This document shows, in pieces, positions 35,906 through 48,978 of a stretch of DNA of 64,000 bases. Source of the stretch: Tubulanus polymorphus (taxonomy: Eukaryota; Animalia; Nemertea); assembly GCF_964204645.1 (NCBI RefSeq), contig NC_134025.1:12152001-12216000 (forward strand). Direction: 5' to 3'. Position 1 is the first letter of the stretch; each line of letters begins with the position of its first letter. The translations under genes and the position numbers were made by a program. Below the pieces are notes generated by a model, which did no database searches, was not told the origin of the DNA, and saw only the letters and a list, made by a program, of their open reading frames with translations.

Positions 35906-38447
35906 AGTCAATCTTAAGAATCAGCAGAACATGGCGTCACAAGCCCCGGGGCTTGTCACGCCATATCTGACATGGCGTCACAAGCCCCGAGTAAAATGCA
36001 GACTATATATAATTCACGCGGAACGAAGATATATGTTCGCGTCGAACGGACCACGTTTTTAAGTCCGATACGACGTGTAAAACCTGAATGAGATAATTTC
36101 AAGTACCGGTATGTCAATGTGTAATGAATTTCTATTTTTTCTTAACTTATTGTCTAAATATATACTTACTAAATATTGTCTAAATATAATATGTACTTAT
36201 ACGTTATAGTATTCCGTTCAGTGCAACCACTGAAAGAAAATTATATCCCGTTTTTACTTCATAACTATATTCAGATGCATATATATCGAAAGATTTTTAT
36301 GTAAAATTCTTCGAATATGTTTTTTACAGGTTTCCGTTATGGTGCGAGACGATCAGGAGATCATCAGCTACATTTACATAAGAAAATAGAAACAACGATT
36401 TATAAACCTATTTCTAAGACTTAATGATTATTGTACTAATTTAAGATAATCAGTCACAATTTTTCATTTATTTCTACGGAAAACTGATCGGGTCCTCTCA
36501 CGCCATGTAAATTGAAGCTATATTCTGTAGACCGTTTGGGGCCTGACACGCCATATAGAAGACAAATCGCAATTTTTCTAGCAGTATTTGTTTTTTTTTC
36601 TTAGACTTTATGATTATGAACAATATATAACTAATTGAAACTAAAGATATGATTAGTGACAATTAATTGCTTCCATAGAAAACTGATCGCGTACTCTCAC
36701 GCCATATTGGCGGCAGAACACTTTGGGGCCTGACACGCCATGTCGAAGACAGCGTGGTTTTAGGAGCTTTTTGTAACAGTATTTGCTTTTTTTTCTAAGA
36801 CTAAATAATTGACAAATCATATAGAAGGATTAATCTTTGAACATTTAAGACAATTAGTGACAATTATTCATTTGTTTGTACGGAAAAATCGTTCGGGTCT
36901 TCTCACGCCATGTCTCAATTGAAGCTATTCTGCAGACCGTTTGGGGCCTGACACGTCATGTAGAAGACAGCGTGATTTGAGGAGCTATTTTTGAAACAAT
37001 ATTTGCCTTTTTTCTGAGTCTAAATGACTGACAATCCACGGAGAATGATAAATCTTTGAATATTTACGATAATTAATGACAATTATTCATTTGTTTGTAC
37101 GGAAAATCGATCGGGTCCTCTCACGCCATGTCTCAATTGAAGTTATTCTGCAGACCGTTTGGGGCTTGACACGCCATGTAGAAGACAGCGTGATTTTAGG
37201 AGCTTTTTGAAACAATATTTGCCTTTTTTCTAAGTCTAAATGATTGACAAACCATGTAGATTTATGATAATTAGTGACAATTATTCATTTGTTTGTACGG
37301 AAAATCGTTCGGGTCCTCTCACGCCATATCTCAATTGAAGCTATTCTGCAGACCGTTTGGGGCCTGACACGCCATATTGGCTGCAGACCGTTTGGGGCCT
37401 GACACGCCATGTAGAAGACAGCGTGATTTGAGGAGCTATTTTTGAAACAATATTTGCTTTCTTTCTAAGTCTAAATGATTGACAAACCATGTAGAATGAT
37501 AAATCTTTGAATATTTATGATAATTAGTGACAATTATAGGAAAACTGATCGGGTCCTCTCACGCCATGTTTCAATTGAAGCTATTCTGCAGACCATTTGG
37601 GGCCTGACACGCCATATTGGCTGCAGAACATTCGGGGCTTGACACGCCATATAGAAGACAAATCGCGGTTTTTCTAGCAGTATTTGTTTTGTGATTATCA
37701 AATCATGAACAATATATAACTAATTGAAACTAAAGATATAATTTAATTGCTTCCATAGAAAACCGTTCGACAAACCATGTTTCAATTATTGAAGCTATTC
37801 TGCAGACAATTTGGGGCTTGACACACCATATTGGCTGCAGAACATTTGGGGCCTGACACGCCATGTAGAAGGCTTAGCGATTTTAGGAGCCATATGACTG
37901 CAGATCACACTAGATTGGAGCCTGGCTCACCATATATGTTTTTCTAACATTATCCATGTTCTTCTAAGACTAATTGATCAACAAATCATGTGAAATAGAT
38001 GAATGATTCATTGAAATGTAAGATAGTTAATTAAAATCTTTATTCTGTAAAACTCATTCAGTAGATATATATGTAATGTTTTTGTATTTTTCATATGCTG
38101 GCGAAATATATGATTGTTTAAATTGTGTTTCAAAATGTGTGTACACTGCATTAGATTAACAAACAACGATCAATTTCTATTCTGTAAAACTCATTTTAGT
38201 GTAAATGCGATGTAATATGTAGTTCTTATTATGTATATATAATACGTTGTAAATCATCTAAGACAAATTAATATCCAACCGAATATTTCAACTTCGGAAG
38301 AAAAACCCGCGAGACTTAGTCGACGTTTCATCTCATGCATAGGATTTGATTTTCATTTTACGTTTACCACATGGCGTGTCAGGCCCAATATGGCGTGACA
38401 AGCCTCGGGGCTTGTGACGCCATATGCAGCAGGTCTTAAGATTGCCC
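35906..38447. mobile_element. 2.5-kb TIR-bounded element containing a satellite array (about 7 units of 200-240 bp at 36470-37900)
   Basis: Left CAATCTTAAGA..ATGGCGTCACAAGCCCCGGGGCTTGTCACGCCATAT is the inverted match of right ATATGGCGTGACAAGCCTCGGGGCTTGTGACGCCAT..TCTTAAGATTG. Internal units repeat CTCTCACGCCAT and GGGGCCTGACACGCCAT. Confidence 0.8.
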
Positions 38448-38511
38448 TAGATGCTTTTATTTCCCTCTTTCTCCAATCCAGCATCGTAAAATCTACATTT
38501 AAGCGCTCAAA

Positions 38512-41500
38512 ATGTCTGAGAGGAAAGTTTTAAACGTAAGATTCTTTTTTAGGCCTCTACAACCTAATTAAAGCCTACTTAGAGCCGTCGGAAGGACTTT
38601 TTCAGTGACAGGTGGCGAGGCCTATTTCTGAAGTTCAATCGCCGGAGATGCGTTTTGGGGCTATTTCACGGTCTCATTCACAGAAGCATGAGAAGTCGTG
38701 AGCCAACTACTTAGTACAGAGAACGACGAGCTGCTATGCGGTACAGCGTTCTTTTGAAAAAAAATTTTTGTTAGGGTCTAAGCAAAAAAGTGGGGTCGCT
38801 TCTGCCGCCCCTGTTCTGACGGCCCTGCTCTAGAAGGCTAAAATGTACAAAAAAGTGCAGATCCGCACCTCTCATGTGATTGACACAATACGAAGTGGAT
38901 ATTTAACCGTATACGTAAAAGTATTTACTTCCGCCATTTTACTGTACATTATTACTATATATTAAAGTATTAACTAATAAAAAGTAACAGTAAGATCATT
39001 TTATTGGGTTAAGGGTTAGGGTTATGATAGGGTTAGTGTCAAGAGGGTGAGATTGAGAAGAGGGTCCACTGGGTTCCGTTTTACAAACTGGCTCCAGTTA
39101 CGGGGGAATGTGCACTATATCTACGTATATCTACCTGTGAAGGAATAGGGTTAGGTGAGGCTTTATATAAATTAACTCACCCAACATGTCGTGTGCTGTG
39201 GCAAAGTGGGTAAAGCGCTCTACTACTTTTTGGTTTGGATTCGAATCCCAATCTTGCAAGTCAGAATTTTACTCTATTGCGCATGCGCCAACTGTCCTCC
39301 GTAACCGTAGTCTAGTACCTAGCCGTTGTTCCCCAAACAATGTCTAGGGCCAAAGTGCACATATAAGATTAATTTTCATCCCTCATTTTGAGGGACGAGG
39401 CTTTGAGCGCCTATTTCACCCCTAAAAATACCATAAACTTACCTCAAACTGACTGTTCTGTAATTAAATGGAAGTTAACTATTGTTTGGGCATAAATTTA
39501 TAATCCTAAGTAGCTTTTGACGATCGTAGTAACTCAAAACTTTTGACCAGTCGCCTCAAAAAATAGTTGAAGTGAAGCAATATAACAAATATGGCGGCTT
39601 TTCGTGTTGCACGATGGGAGGGTCATTTAGGGATTCGGACTTAAAAAGGTTAATTAGCCAAAATTAATGCATTTTATCAACAAAAAATAACATTTAGAGT
39701 AATTTCAGAGAGACATATTGAATTTTCACATTTATCGATTTAGTCCGTACTGCAAATCCCGATTGTAGCAATCAATTCAAATCAAATCAATAAATTCTCC
39801 GGTTCCCGATCTAAATCATCAAAAATATTATTTTAAAACATGTTTTTAAAGTCAACAAGGTAACTACTGTCATACCTCGATTTAAGGCCCCCCCCCTCCC
39901 CCCCCCCCCCCGATTCACCGCCAACCTCGCCTACCGCCTAGATTTCATGGGAAACTGAACATTCGTATCTAAAATGTACAGGAAAAACTCCGATTTACCA
40001 CTTCTCGCGTACCGCCACCGCCAACGTAATCTCCTAGTAAAATCATATGCAAATGCATTACAATATTTCCCAATTAACCGCCATCATAAAAGTTGAGTAG
40101 CGCTATCCTTCTATTCTAATCCATGATAACAGTCATCAGCGGGATGCTGAAAAGTTGGACCTCCAACAATAAGCCTCTAATCTCTGTAGGCCTATATAGC
40201 TACAGAAAAGGTCATACATAACTATCCTGGTTGAAGCCTTGAGTTACAAAAATCCAGACCACAATCTACAGAGAGACTGCGCGCTTTAATTAATAATCAA
40301 TTATCGTGGATCAATTGAGTCAATTCTTTGTATTGATTAGGCTGATGTTATTGTTAATGTTTAATTTAGAAATATTACCCACCGGAGTTTGATCCGTCGA
40401 AGATACCCAAGCTTCGTCTACCTAGAAACCGACAATACAGCATTCGTATTATGGCTCCATTTAACATGAGGTAAGAAAATCGTGTCATTTCCAGATTTCT
40501 GAGATTTCCGTAAAAACATCAGAAGATTCAGTTGTAGATGATACGGAAGTATTCGGATATAATGTTAGTTATAGCTATGGTGGAATTTGATATTTAGGTG
40601 CAACACCTGTCGGGAATATATTTATAAAGGAAAGAAATTCAATTCGCGGAAGGAGACAGTGGAAGATGAAAACTATTTGGGTCTGCATATATTCCGATTT
40701 TACATTAAATGTCCGAAGTGCGTTGCTGAGATAGCTTTTAAGGTACCGTATATTTATCAAGTGGATTCATAAATTCTCTTCGTGTTTATGTTACAGAATT
40801 AAATCATAAGCTGTGATCATTTGAGAGACTCTGCAGTCATTTGTTCAGTTATGACAGGCTTTGTAGCTTGGTCACCTTATTGTGTCATTCGCACACCCGA
40901 TAAAACTGTGATTCTGAGCAAAATTTTGACAGCTTTCCTTTACTGAGGTGATGGACTGAACGAAAGTGTGACTAGTTGAAGAACCATAATGGTGTAAACC
41001 CAATAAATCTCATTTTCAAATGAGTAAGCAAATTTATTTGATACATTTCTTCCCCTTGTCAAGTATATTACAAATGACTGGAAATGGATAGGTCTAACAT
41101 TAGCATCAGTTGACTGAAATGAAACTGCTATATTATTTCCAATTAGAATCAACCTCCAATCAACCTATGTCAGGGTAAGGATCAGATTAATTTGATTAGC
41201 AAGGTTTAGATTGGTCTCTACCGATTCTGAAATACACTTCTGGCACATTCGTTTCGATCAGTATATACTATTCATTCCTGAAAGGCATAATCTGTAAACT
41301 TGATGAAAGACTAGTCCAAAGTTTGTAATCCGGAAGTGCTATTCCTGAACCAGAATGCGGTCAATTGACACCCGTCTTAGCTTAGGTTAGGAGTTTAACA
41401 TTGAATGGAAAAAAATCTTTCTGGTACTGTTAGAACATTTTGCGGGGTGCATTTCCTTTGACTCCTTAAAAACTTAATCATGAAACTCAATCCGGATAGA

Positions 41501-43985
41501 ATTTCCCGTCTGCCAGAAAAGTTGTCTAATTTTGATGATGATTTGTTGTCTTATTTTAGACGGACCCACAAAGTACCGATTATACACTGGAAGCCGGTGC
41601 CACGAGGAATTTTGAGCCGATAAGAACGGCTGAAAAATTGGCTAAAGAAGAACTGGCAGCAGCTGAATTAGAAGAAATAAATAATCCTATGAAGGTAGAT
41701 AGAGACTGACAGCTGCAATCTAGATGAAAATTTTGTGTTGGTTTTGGCCGTATCGCAATTGATGGCTAAGTTACATTTTAGAAGTGATCTGAATTCCATT
41801 AAAAAAAAATGCTATAGCGAGACCAGATAATGATTGTACAAAACCACGCAATTTGAAAATTAGTCACAAAGTTGTTTTGTCTTCATGGATTTATGGTTCT
41901 AGGTATCACCGAGGACAGATTAGTGGATTTCTTTTTGTCTTATAGGTTTTAGAAAACCGGACAAAAGCGTCTCGTAATGAAATGGAAATGATCGAGACTC
42001 TCGAGGAACTGCGAGATTTGAATGCTCGTCATGCAAAAGTTGACCACGAGTATATGATTAAGCTTAGCAGCGCTTATGAAGAACAACTAAGACAGCTGCA
42101 GGATGAGGAGGATGAGCAATTAGTACAGTAAGTACAATCGTCCTGCGGTGAGCGCCTAAAACATGAAGCACCTGATGGGGGGGGGGGGGGTTTGTGGGCC
42201 TACTCTTCGGAATATTTGAAAAATTAGGTGCATTTTGAGAACTATTTTGCTGAAAATCAAATTTTACTCTGGGAACTCTTTTGAAGAAGTTTTCAATTTG
42301 ACATACTTTAACGAATAACCAAACAAAATTTGGTTGTATTTTAGGTCAGTATTTGGTGATGGTACACGTGTCAAGCGATTGGCTGATTCGGACAGTGATA
42401 ACGATGCTGAAACTGATAACAAAATAACACAGAAAAAGGTTGCTCCTGAAAAAGCATCAGACATCTTATTATCGACAGTATGTATAGCATTGATATTTAA
42501 TTCGACAACTCACTAAGGGAAACCCTTACCATACGTAAATATAAGTAGCTTTTTGAAGTATGTTGTCATTGCCGCATTACAAAAATTATAGTAGATTCCG
42601 CTCTACTTGGTATTCCCATGATCAGAAAATGAATGAAATCAAACATTTTTCTCCGTTCAAAAGAGAATTATTCCGATTTCATTAAAAAAGTTCCTGTAAC
42701 GTTACCCTGTTCTTCTTAAATTCATCTACCTTCTGATGAAAAAACTGACAATATAACACAAATGTCCATGTATTAATATCATCAGCCTATCGATTTTCTC
42801 TGCACTGTGTATAAATGGACAGTCCCTCAAACTCCTCCCACAGCTTACTGTTCCAAAAACCCCAAAATATTCCCTATAAACTATAAAATTGACCTATTAT
42901 GCCTAATAAACCCGTATATTTTCGTGTCAGATGAACTTGATTGATGACGTAAAAATCCTAAAATTCCCCTATCTCTTTAAGTCGGTATTCGTTTAATTCA
43001 GTGAATTACAGTCCGAATAGAACCGAGTAAAGCGGAATCCACTGTAGATTAAGAATTCAGGAATAACTCCTAGCTAATAGATAACAGTGGCTGAAATGTG
43101 TGAAATCTGTTACGTAAAAAATCGAGAAGGCATATCCTGCTGGTCTGGGCCAAAAGCTGTGATTCAGTGTGGTTACCATATGAAAACATAGCTTACTACT
43201 TTTAATCAACTGGAATCACTTATATGATAGGTCCTATTTATCATTTCTAAAATGGCATCATTGAATCGCGCTATAGACTGGGAAGATCATTCCATGAGAA
43301 TATTGACACTTCAATTGTTCATCCGTTCATGTCATTGGCTGATCCACACACACAACGAATCATAGCGCACTGTCTTTGTTAGTTTTATCTTTATTTAGGT
43401 GCGTTACCGAAATGATTGGGTGAAATTATGATGGCAAATTTTTCAGTAGGTTAACGGGATTGTATTAAGCTGTATGATATAAGTTCCAAACATTTATCTC
43501 CCAATGACTTTTTGAGTTTCTTCAGTGTGTCAGTGATTCAACCTGGGCAATATCTAGATTTTTGAGTTGCTACGAGTCTGTGAAATGTTTTTGACTTTGT
43601 ATATGTCAATCTGTCGTTGTTAATCTTGAGATCGAAAAGAAAATGTTCATTCTTTGCATTTAAGGAAACGAAGTTGAAGTTAAAGAGCAATGAACCAAAA
43701 AGTTTTTCTACATTCTCATCGAAGTCCAGTTTGAAAGGTCTTGTGAAACGGAAACAGCCACAGAAAGCGGCGATAACTTGCTCAAAGGCAGCGGATACTA
43801 AATCTAACATTGCCGAGGCTCGACCGGAATCACAAGATTCAGGGCAGACAGTGAAAGCCGAATCAAATAGTCAAGAATCAAAAATAGTAACGACTGCCGC
43901 AGCAGTTGAATCTGAAGGTAAAGTTTCGTCGGGATTAGGTTTATTACTGGGTAATTATAGCGATTCTGACAATAGCGATAATTGA
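38512..43985 (+). CDS. YJU2: Splicing factor YJU2 (CCDC94), 7 coding exons
   Basis: Exons 38512-38535, 40370-40470, 40598-40742, 41560-41694, 41946-42127, 42345-42477, 43665-43985. Reads [68 protein letters not shown]. Confidence 0.97.
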
Positions 43986-44551
43986 TGAATATTTTCGATG
44001 TTAAGCGAAGAGCTGAGCCCGGTTGTCATTATGTGTGCTGCACATTAGAATCAGTAACCTACGTTTCTAATAAACTCACATATTCTGATTACGATATCTG
44101 TGAAGAATTTCAATCGGTACATGTAGATTTGCAAAAGAATCTGTATTCAGGTTGTATCTACTTGTATGTGGAATGAAATTCATGTATATTACTTACTTGT
44201 TAAATACATTTGAGTTTGGACTGGTGCATTTGCCATGCATTGAGTAAAGAGGTTGTAGGATGAAAATATCTATCACGATGTCACTGGGTCGAGGAGTCTT
44301 TTAGACTAGACACCAATGAAGTAATGCTTTATTATTGTCTAGGTTTTGATATACCTACCAATGAAGTTCATTGTAGTGTAAAAAAGTAAATTTTATCGAT
44401 TCATTTGTAAATTAAGAGGCTATCTGTGTAAATAAACATTTTAAGAAACAAAAAGGCTGCATCTCACTTTTTATTTGGATCTAGATTTCTTAGTATATAG
44501 AAAAGGACTTTTTCACTTCAGATGATTAGTAGTCTGTTTATTAAATTGCAG

Positions 44552-45006
44552 GTTCAAGCGCCCCGACAAAAACGGTGTCCAAGGAGCTTCTATCAAGTGG
44601 TTTGCATTCGGTTCCCAATCCTTTCTTGATATCGAAAAACGGGAGGTGTTATAATACCGCACAACAACAAAAAACTTTCAGAATGCCCGAAAGTTCTATA
44701 TTGAATCGTATACGAAATTTTTTCCCTGTTATCGAGAAAGCCAACGAAAGATTGAAGGATTCGAAGGCCGTCAACGATGTGAATATCGAAAACGTAAATG
44801 ACGACGAGCCGTATATCGAGATGGACGTTACTATGTTTGAGCAAAACGGCGATGACGTAAGCGGTAGTAGTGACTACGATTCTTGTGACGATCTAAATAT
44901 TGAGAATATCGGCGAGGTCACCGAAGACAATATACGGCTTTCGAAAAAACCATCGAAGCCGGTAGTAATCGAAGAAATTCAAAACGACGACTTTTCGTCC
45001 GGTTAG
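44552..45006 (+). CDS. NOPCHAP1: NOP protein chaperone 1 (C12orf45/DUF4598) main exon; start exon not identified
   Basis: VSKELL...SSILNRIRNFFPVIEKANERL..VNIENV..IEMDVTMFE..acidic tract..EVTEDNIRL follows the recalled C12orf45 pattern. Begins at the phase-1 acceptor TTGCAG (ends 44551). Confidence 0.85.
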
Positions 45007-45125
45007 AAACTTATTAATTTTTAAAAGAAAATATATTCCCACGTATATTTGATCGAATTTGGTTCTATACAATTAATTTGATACAATTAATTTATTCATT
45101 TCATCGAGCGTCGAAGATATATTCC

Positions 45126-46516
45126 TCATGGGATAGGTGTTGCTCTCTTGCTGGATGAAGGTCTATGAGGATGACATTCGCAATCGCGATATCTGAATAT
45201 TTTCAAGCAGTGATTGCCATTTGACGTGTACTCGGTTACCACTAAGTGTCCTTCGGGTCCGATCATACACGTCTGAGCCGCGCCAACGTCGTCGGTCGGT
45301 CCGGCTAGTTGTAGTAACAGTTGCCCGCGTTCGGAAAATAAATTCACAGTATGGTTCACGCAATCGGCCACGATTACTTGGCCGAGTGGATTTACGCATA
45401 GGCCGGCATTAAAGAAGGACAGACCGTCGGCGTTAGCAACCGGTTGGAATTTGTAGATTACCTCGCCTCGGTGGTTGAAATATTTTACCATTTGTTCGTA
45501 AGGATCCGATGTTAATATTTCGCCTTTATCGTTGACGGTAAGGTAAACGGGATTTTTGTTAGCGCTGACGGAAAACCGGTTGAAAAGTTTACCCCCTCGT
45601 CGATACAATTCGACCGAACCATCGAAAGTCGAAATGGCAACATTATAAAACGAGTCGCAAGCCACGTCGAATGGCTCCTCTGTTACGTTGAAAAGAAACT
45701 TGTATTTTCCTTCAACGTCGAAAACTTGAACTCGTTTATTTTTCGTGTCTGCGACGACGATGTCGTCGTTCGGCATAATTCCGACACCGGAGGGTTCGTG
45801 AAATTCCCTTGGTGATTTACCGCGCTTTCCGATCACTTGTTTCAACACTCCGTGGCTGTTGAAAATCTGCAAGCGGTGGTTCTTTGCATCCGCGATGTGT
45901 ATGTCGCCAGTACTGTTTATCGCGAGTCCCCTTGGATAATAGAAATTTCCTTTCGATGAACCTCGAAAACCAACATTGAAAAGTAGTTTATCCGGCCTGA
46001 AAAAGGAGTAATATCGAATTATTCGGGTAAGCAGTTTTTAAAAAGGATTCGAATGTCTAACTGATATGTACGAGAATCGAATTATATTCTATAGCACCTA
46101 CTGCTTTTTATCCGGTTTCCGTGCTTCCTTGATGTGCATCTTGTCAAACGATTCGCATGTTTTCCGAAGGCCATCTGCAAAAAGAGACGCCTCCCAAATC
46201 CGTCTGTCCTCGTGATCTTGCATTACGGGATGTCGACAGTTGTGAGCTAGAAATTAGTGTAAACATTGAAATGATGATCGCAATATGGCTGGCGATGCAA
46301 ACTTGTCGCCTAGAAATCGCCATAGCGACACATCGCTGAGATATTGCAATATGCGCCGGCGTCCATAGCCGAAAAATGTAATAAGTAATAAGTCAGTGGA
46401 AAAATGTGTGACCTTACCCAATGTGCGCCTTTCTGGAGATATCCATTTATGATCCCTGTGAATTTCTCTGAGCAGTGGAGCTCTTTTGGCCGGCGTGTGT
46501 CTGTAGCCGAGGCCAT
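45126..46516 (-). CDS. NHL-repeat beta-propeller protein (TRIM2/3/71-type NHL domain without RING/B-box)
   Basis: Main exon 45126-45996 with repeats FYYPRGLAINSTGDIHIADAKNHRLQIF, FHEPSGVGI..DIVVADTKNKRVQVF, GQVIVADCVNHTVNLF. Upstream exons 46098-46174 and 46418-46516 are phase-compatible but tentative. Confidence 0.85.
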
Positions 46517-48978
46517 GTAATCGCGTTTGCGTTTGGAAGTCCACCATATTTCAACGATGACTGCAGCAATTATGCAGGATAACTATCAATATACGATCAA
46601 TATGGTACAAATTTACCACGACGATGAATAGCACACTAAATTAATAATAGCTGAGAGACGTTGACAACCTAATAAATATACCTCGTATCCTAGAAGATAA
46701 TTGATGCCCCACATTTTCATATTTTTAACGTGCAGGCTTTACGTGTTTCAGATTCACAGTTATAACGATTGGAAAAGAAACACCATTTAGTAATATTATT
46801 ACCGAACTTTAAAAAGTTATCGTCGTGACTTCACCTTGAATACGTTTACGGTTGCAGATCGATACAGTATACTCTACCCAAGTGGGATCCGTTCAAAACT
46901 CTGATGTTTTTAGAAATGTTTATCTCTAAATTTATATTATATTTTGCATGGTTGTTTATGGAATGCATAACACCCAACTCGGAAATTACTCAAGTCGGAC
47001 ACATTTATACGGTCCCAAAAGATCCAACTTTATATATATATATATTACACATAAAGCCAACATTATCTAAAACTGCAACTTGCAAACATTTTTGTATTCC
47101 TGAAAAAAAACGTTATGCGTACTTACTTTAATAGCCAGTGAAATCAATGTAGACCCTACTACTAGAGACTGTTGTATATAAAACGACTGTCGATCCTTTG
47201 CACAACCAAACTGTTTGTTATGCAGTACTCTCTACTCGGGGGTAATCGGTATCTATGCGAACTCGTTCTCGTTCAGATATATATCGCTTGAAAGAATTTC
47301 ATATAAAAACTATTTCAAACCAAATGATCGTTCACGCTTCGTCACTCGACTATAGCCTCGACTATAGTATCGTGCATTTTTCGGCGCACGACCTTTTAGT
47401 TTAGTTTATAAAATCAGTCTTGTTTAAGTGTGAAAAACCTGTGCATTTGATTAAATTGCCTTCTCCGCGAAATACAAACAGTAGAGGTAAACAGCCCGGA
47501 TCCGACGAGAATGTATAAATATATATACATGTACATGTATTCGAACTAACTTCTCGTGTCCCTCGTTATTATCGGAGCTATGCTATCCAATTATATACAG
47601 GCTGAAGAGTATTTCTTTTCTTGAAGATCGTGGCGAAAGATCATGACCGAAATGAGTAGTTACAACGTCAAAAAATATTTTTTTTCATGTAGAATTCATT
47701 ATCAAGGCGAAAGGTAACAAATGGCCATAACGTCGAAGAATGAGTATTTGCTGCTTTAAGAAAAAGGTTGTTTGTCGAACAAAAAATCTTCAAAACAATT
47801 TACTTCGAAAGGATTATTGTGACGAAACCCGGCAATATTTCGACTAATAACCCAAATGCGCTACTTTCAATAAATTGTCATCGAGGCTTTTTTTTCACAG
47901 AGTGTGCCACATTCCGCCAATTTACATCCATGTTACGACGCGAAATTCCCTGGGTGAATCGAGAAATTTCTTGGTAACGAGCTTTATAAATTTTCATGAA
48001 TCACTTGATCGAGTGATCGTGTCGTAGTCAGTAGTATAAACCCCAGTTTTCCAGGCTTTTTTTTTAAATTGTCAAATTCCCTGCTTTTTTCAAGTCTCAA
48101 GCAATCTCGAGCAATAGACGCTTATCGATCAGCAACCCCATTTCTCGACGGGAATCCCCTCGGAGCAAAGAAACGACTGACAGACATCCTCCATACGAAG
48201 ACCTGAAAACGCGAGCGTGATTTGGAAAAACATTTATTGTTTCAGACATAGATAAAATACAGTTTGAGTCGACCGGACAAGGTATAATACACTGTTTCAA
48301 TAAATCATTAATCCGTTAACATAACTAGTAAATAAAGATCTTTCAAAAATAACTACAGAAATTCCATAAACCGATCCAATTCAATCACCATACACAGAGT
48401 TAAGCACCGCCCAGGTGGGAAATCGACGTTTCATTAATAATACAACCAGATAAACTCAAGCCCGTATTGGAACAAAATCTGCATTTGCATTCGAATATAC
48501 ATGAATATTTGGACGGCAAAATTTCTAATTTGTGATGAAAAATCTCAGTTTTTTTCAATATAAACAAAATAGAAAATTTCTCCAAAAAAATTCAGTGCTA
48601 GCTACATCCTTGCATACAAAGGTAACAAATATTGACATGTAACAATTTATATCACAGACAACCTTCTAACAAATTGATTGTAACTTGAACGACCAAAATG
48701 ATAGATGCACACATGGACAATATGGACACAATATATGGACAATATCTAGATGATCATGAAAGGTGTCCAACATCAACGTGCATGCAACTGGATGTTAAAA
48801 GATTCAACAAGTTAGGAATGTAAAATCGACTGTACATCACTGAGCAGTAACCAGTAATCAGTAACCAGAGCAAACACATCAATATATTAATATCAGTCTA
48901 TCTTTTCATCATATATACACAATAATTCATACTGTTTTTTTTGGGTTATTTTTCCTAAACTATCTGATGACGATATTT

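Noticed and set aside
36470-37900. CRISPR array
   Set aside because: Whole units, including the inter-motif sequence, are homologous, so this is a satellite and not a repeat-spacer array.
39005-39040. Telomere or interstitial telomeric array
   Set aside because: Only two or three degenerate TTAGGG units inside an intronic repeat.
39194-39260. tRNA gene (A-box TGGCAAAGTGG, B-box GGATTCGAATCC)
   Set aside because: No anticodon arm or clean acceptor stem; at most a tRNA-derived SINE head or part of a repeat.
39591-39648. ATGGCGGC-starting exon in YJU2 intron 1 as the missing NOPCHAP1 first exon
   Set aside because: The donor phase fits (58 nt) but there is an in-frame TAA before the donor.
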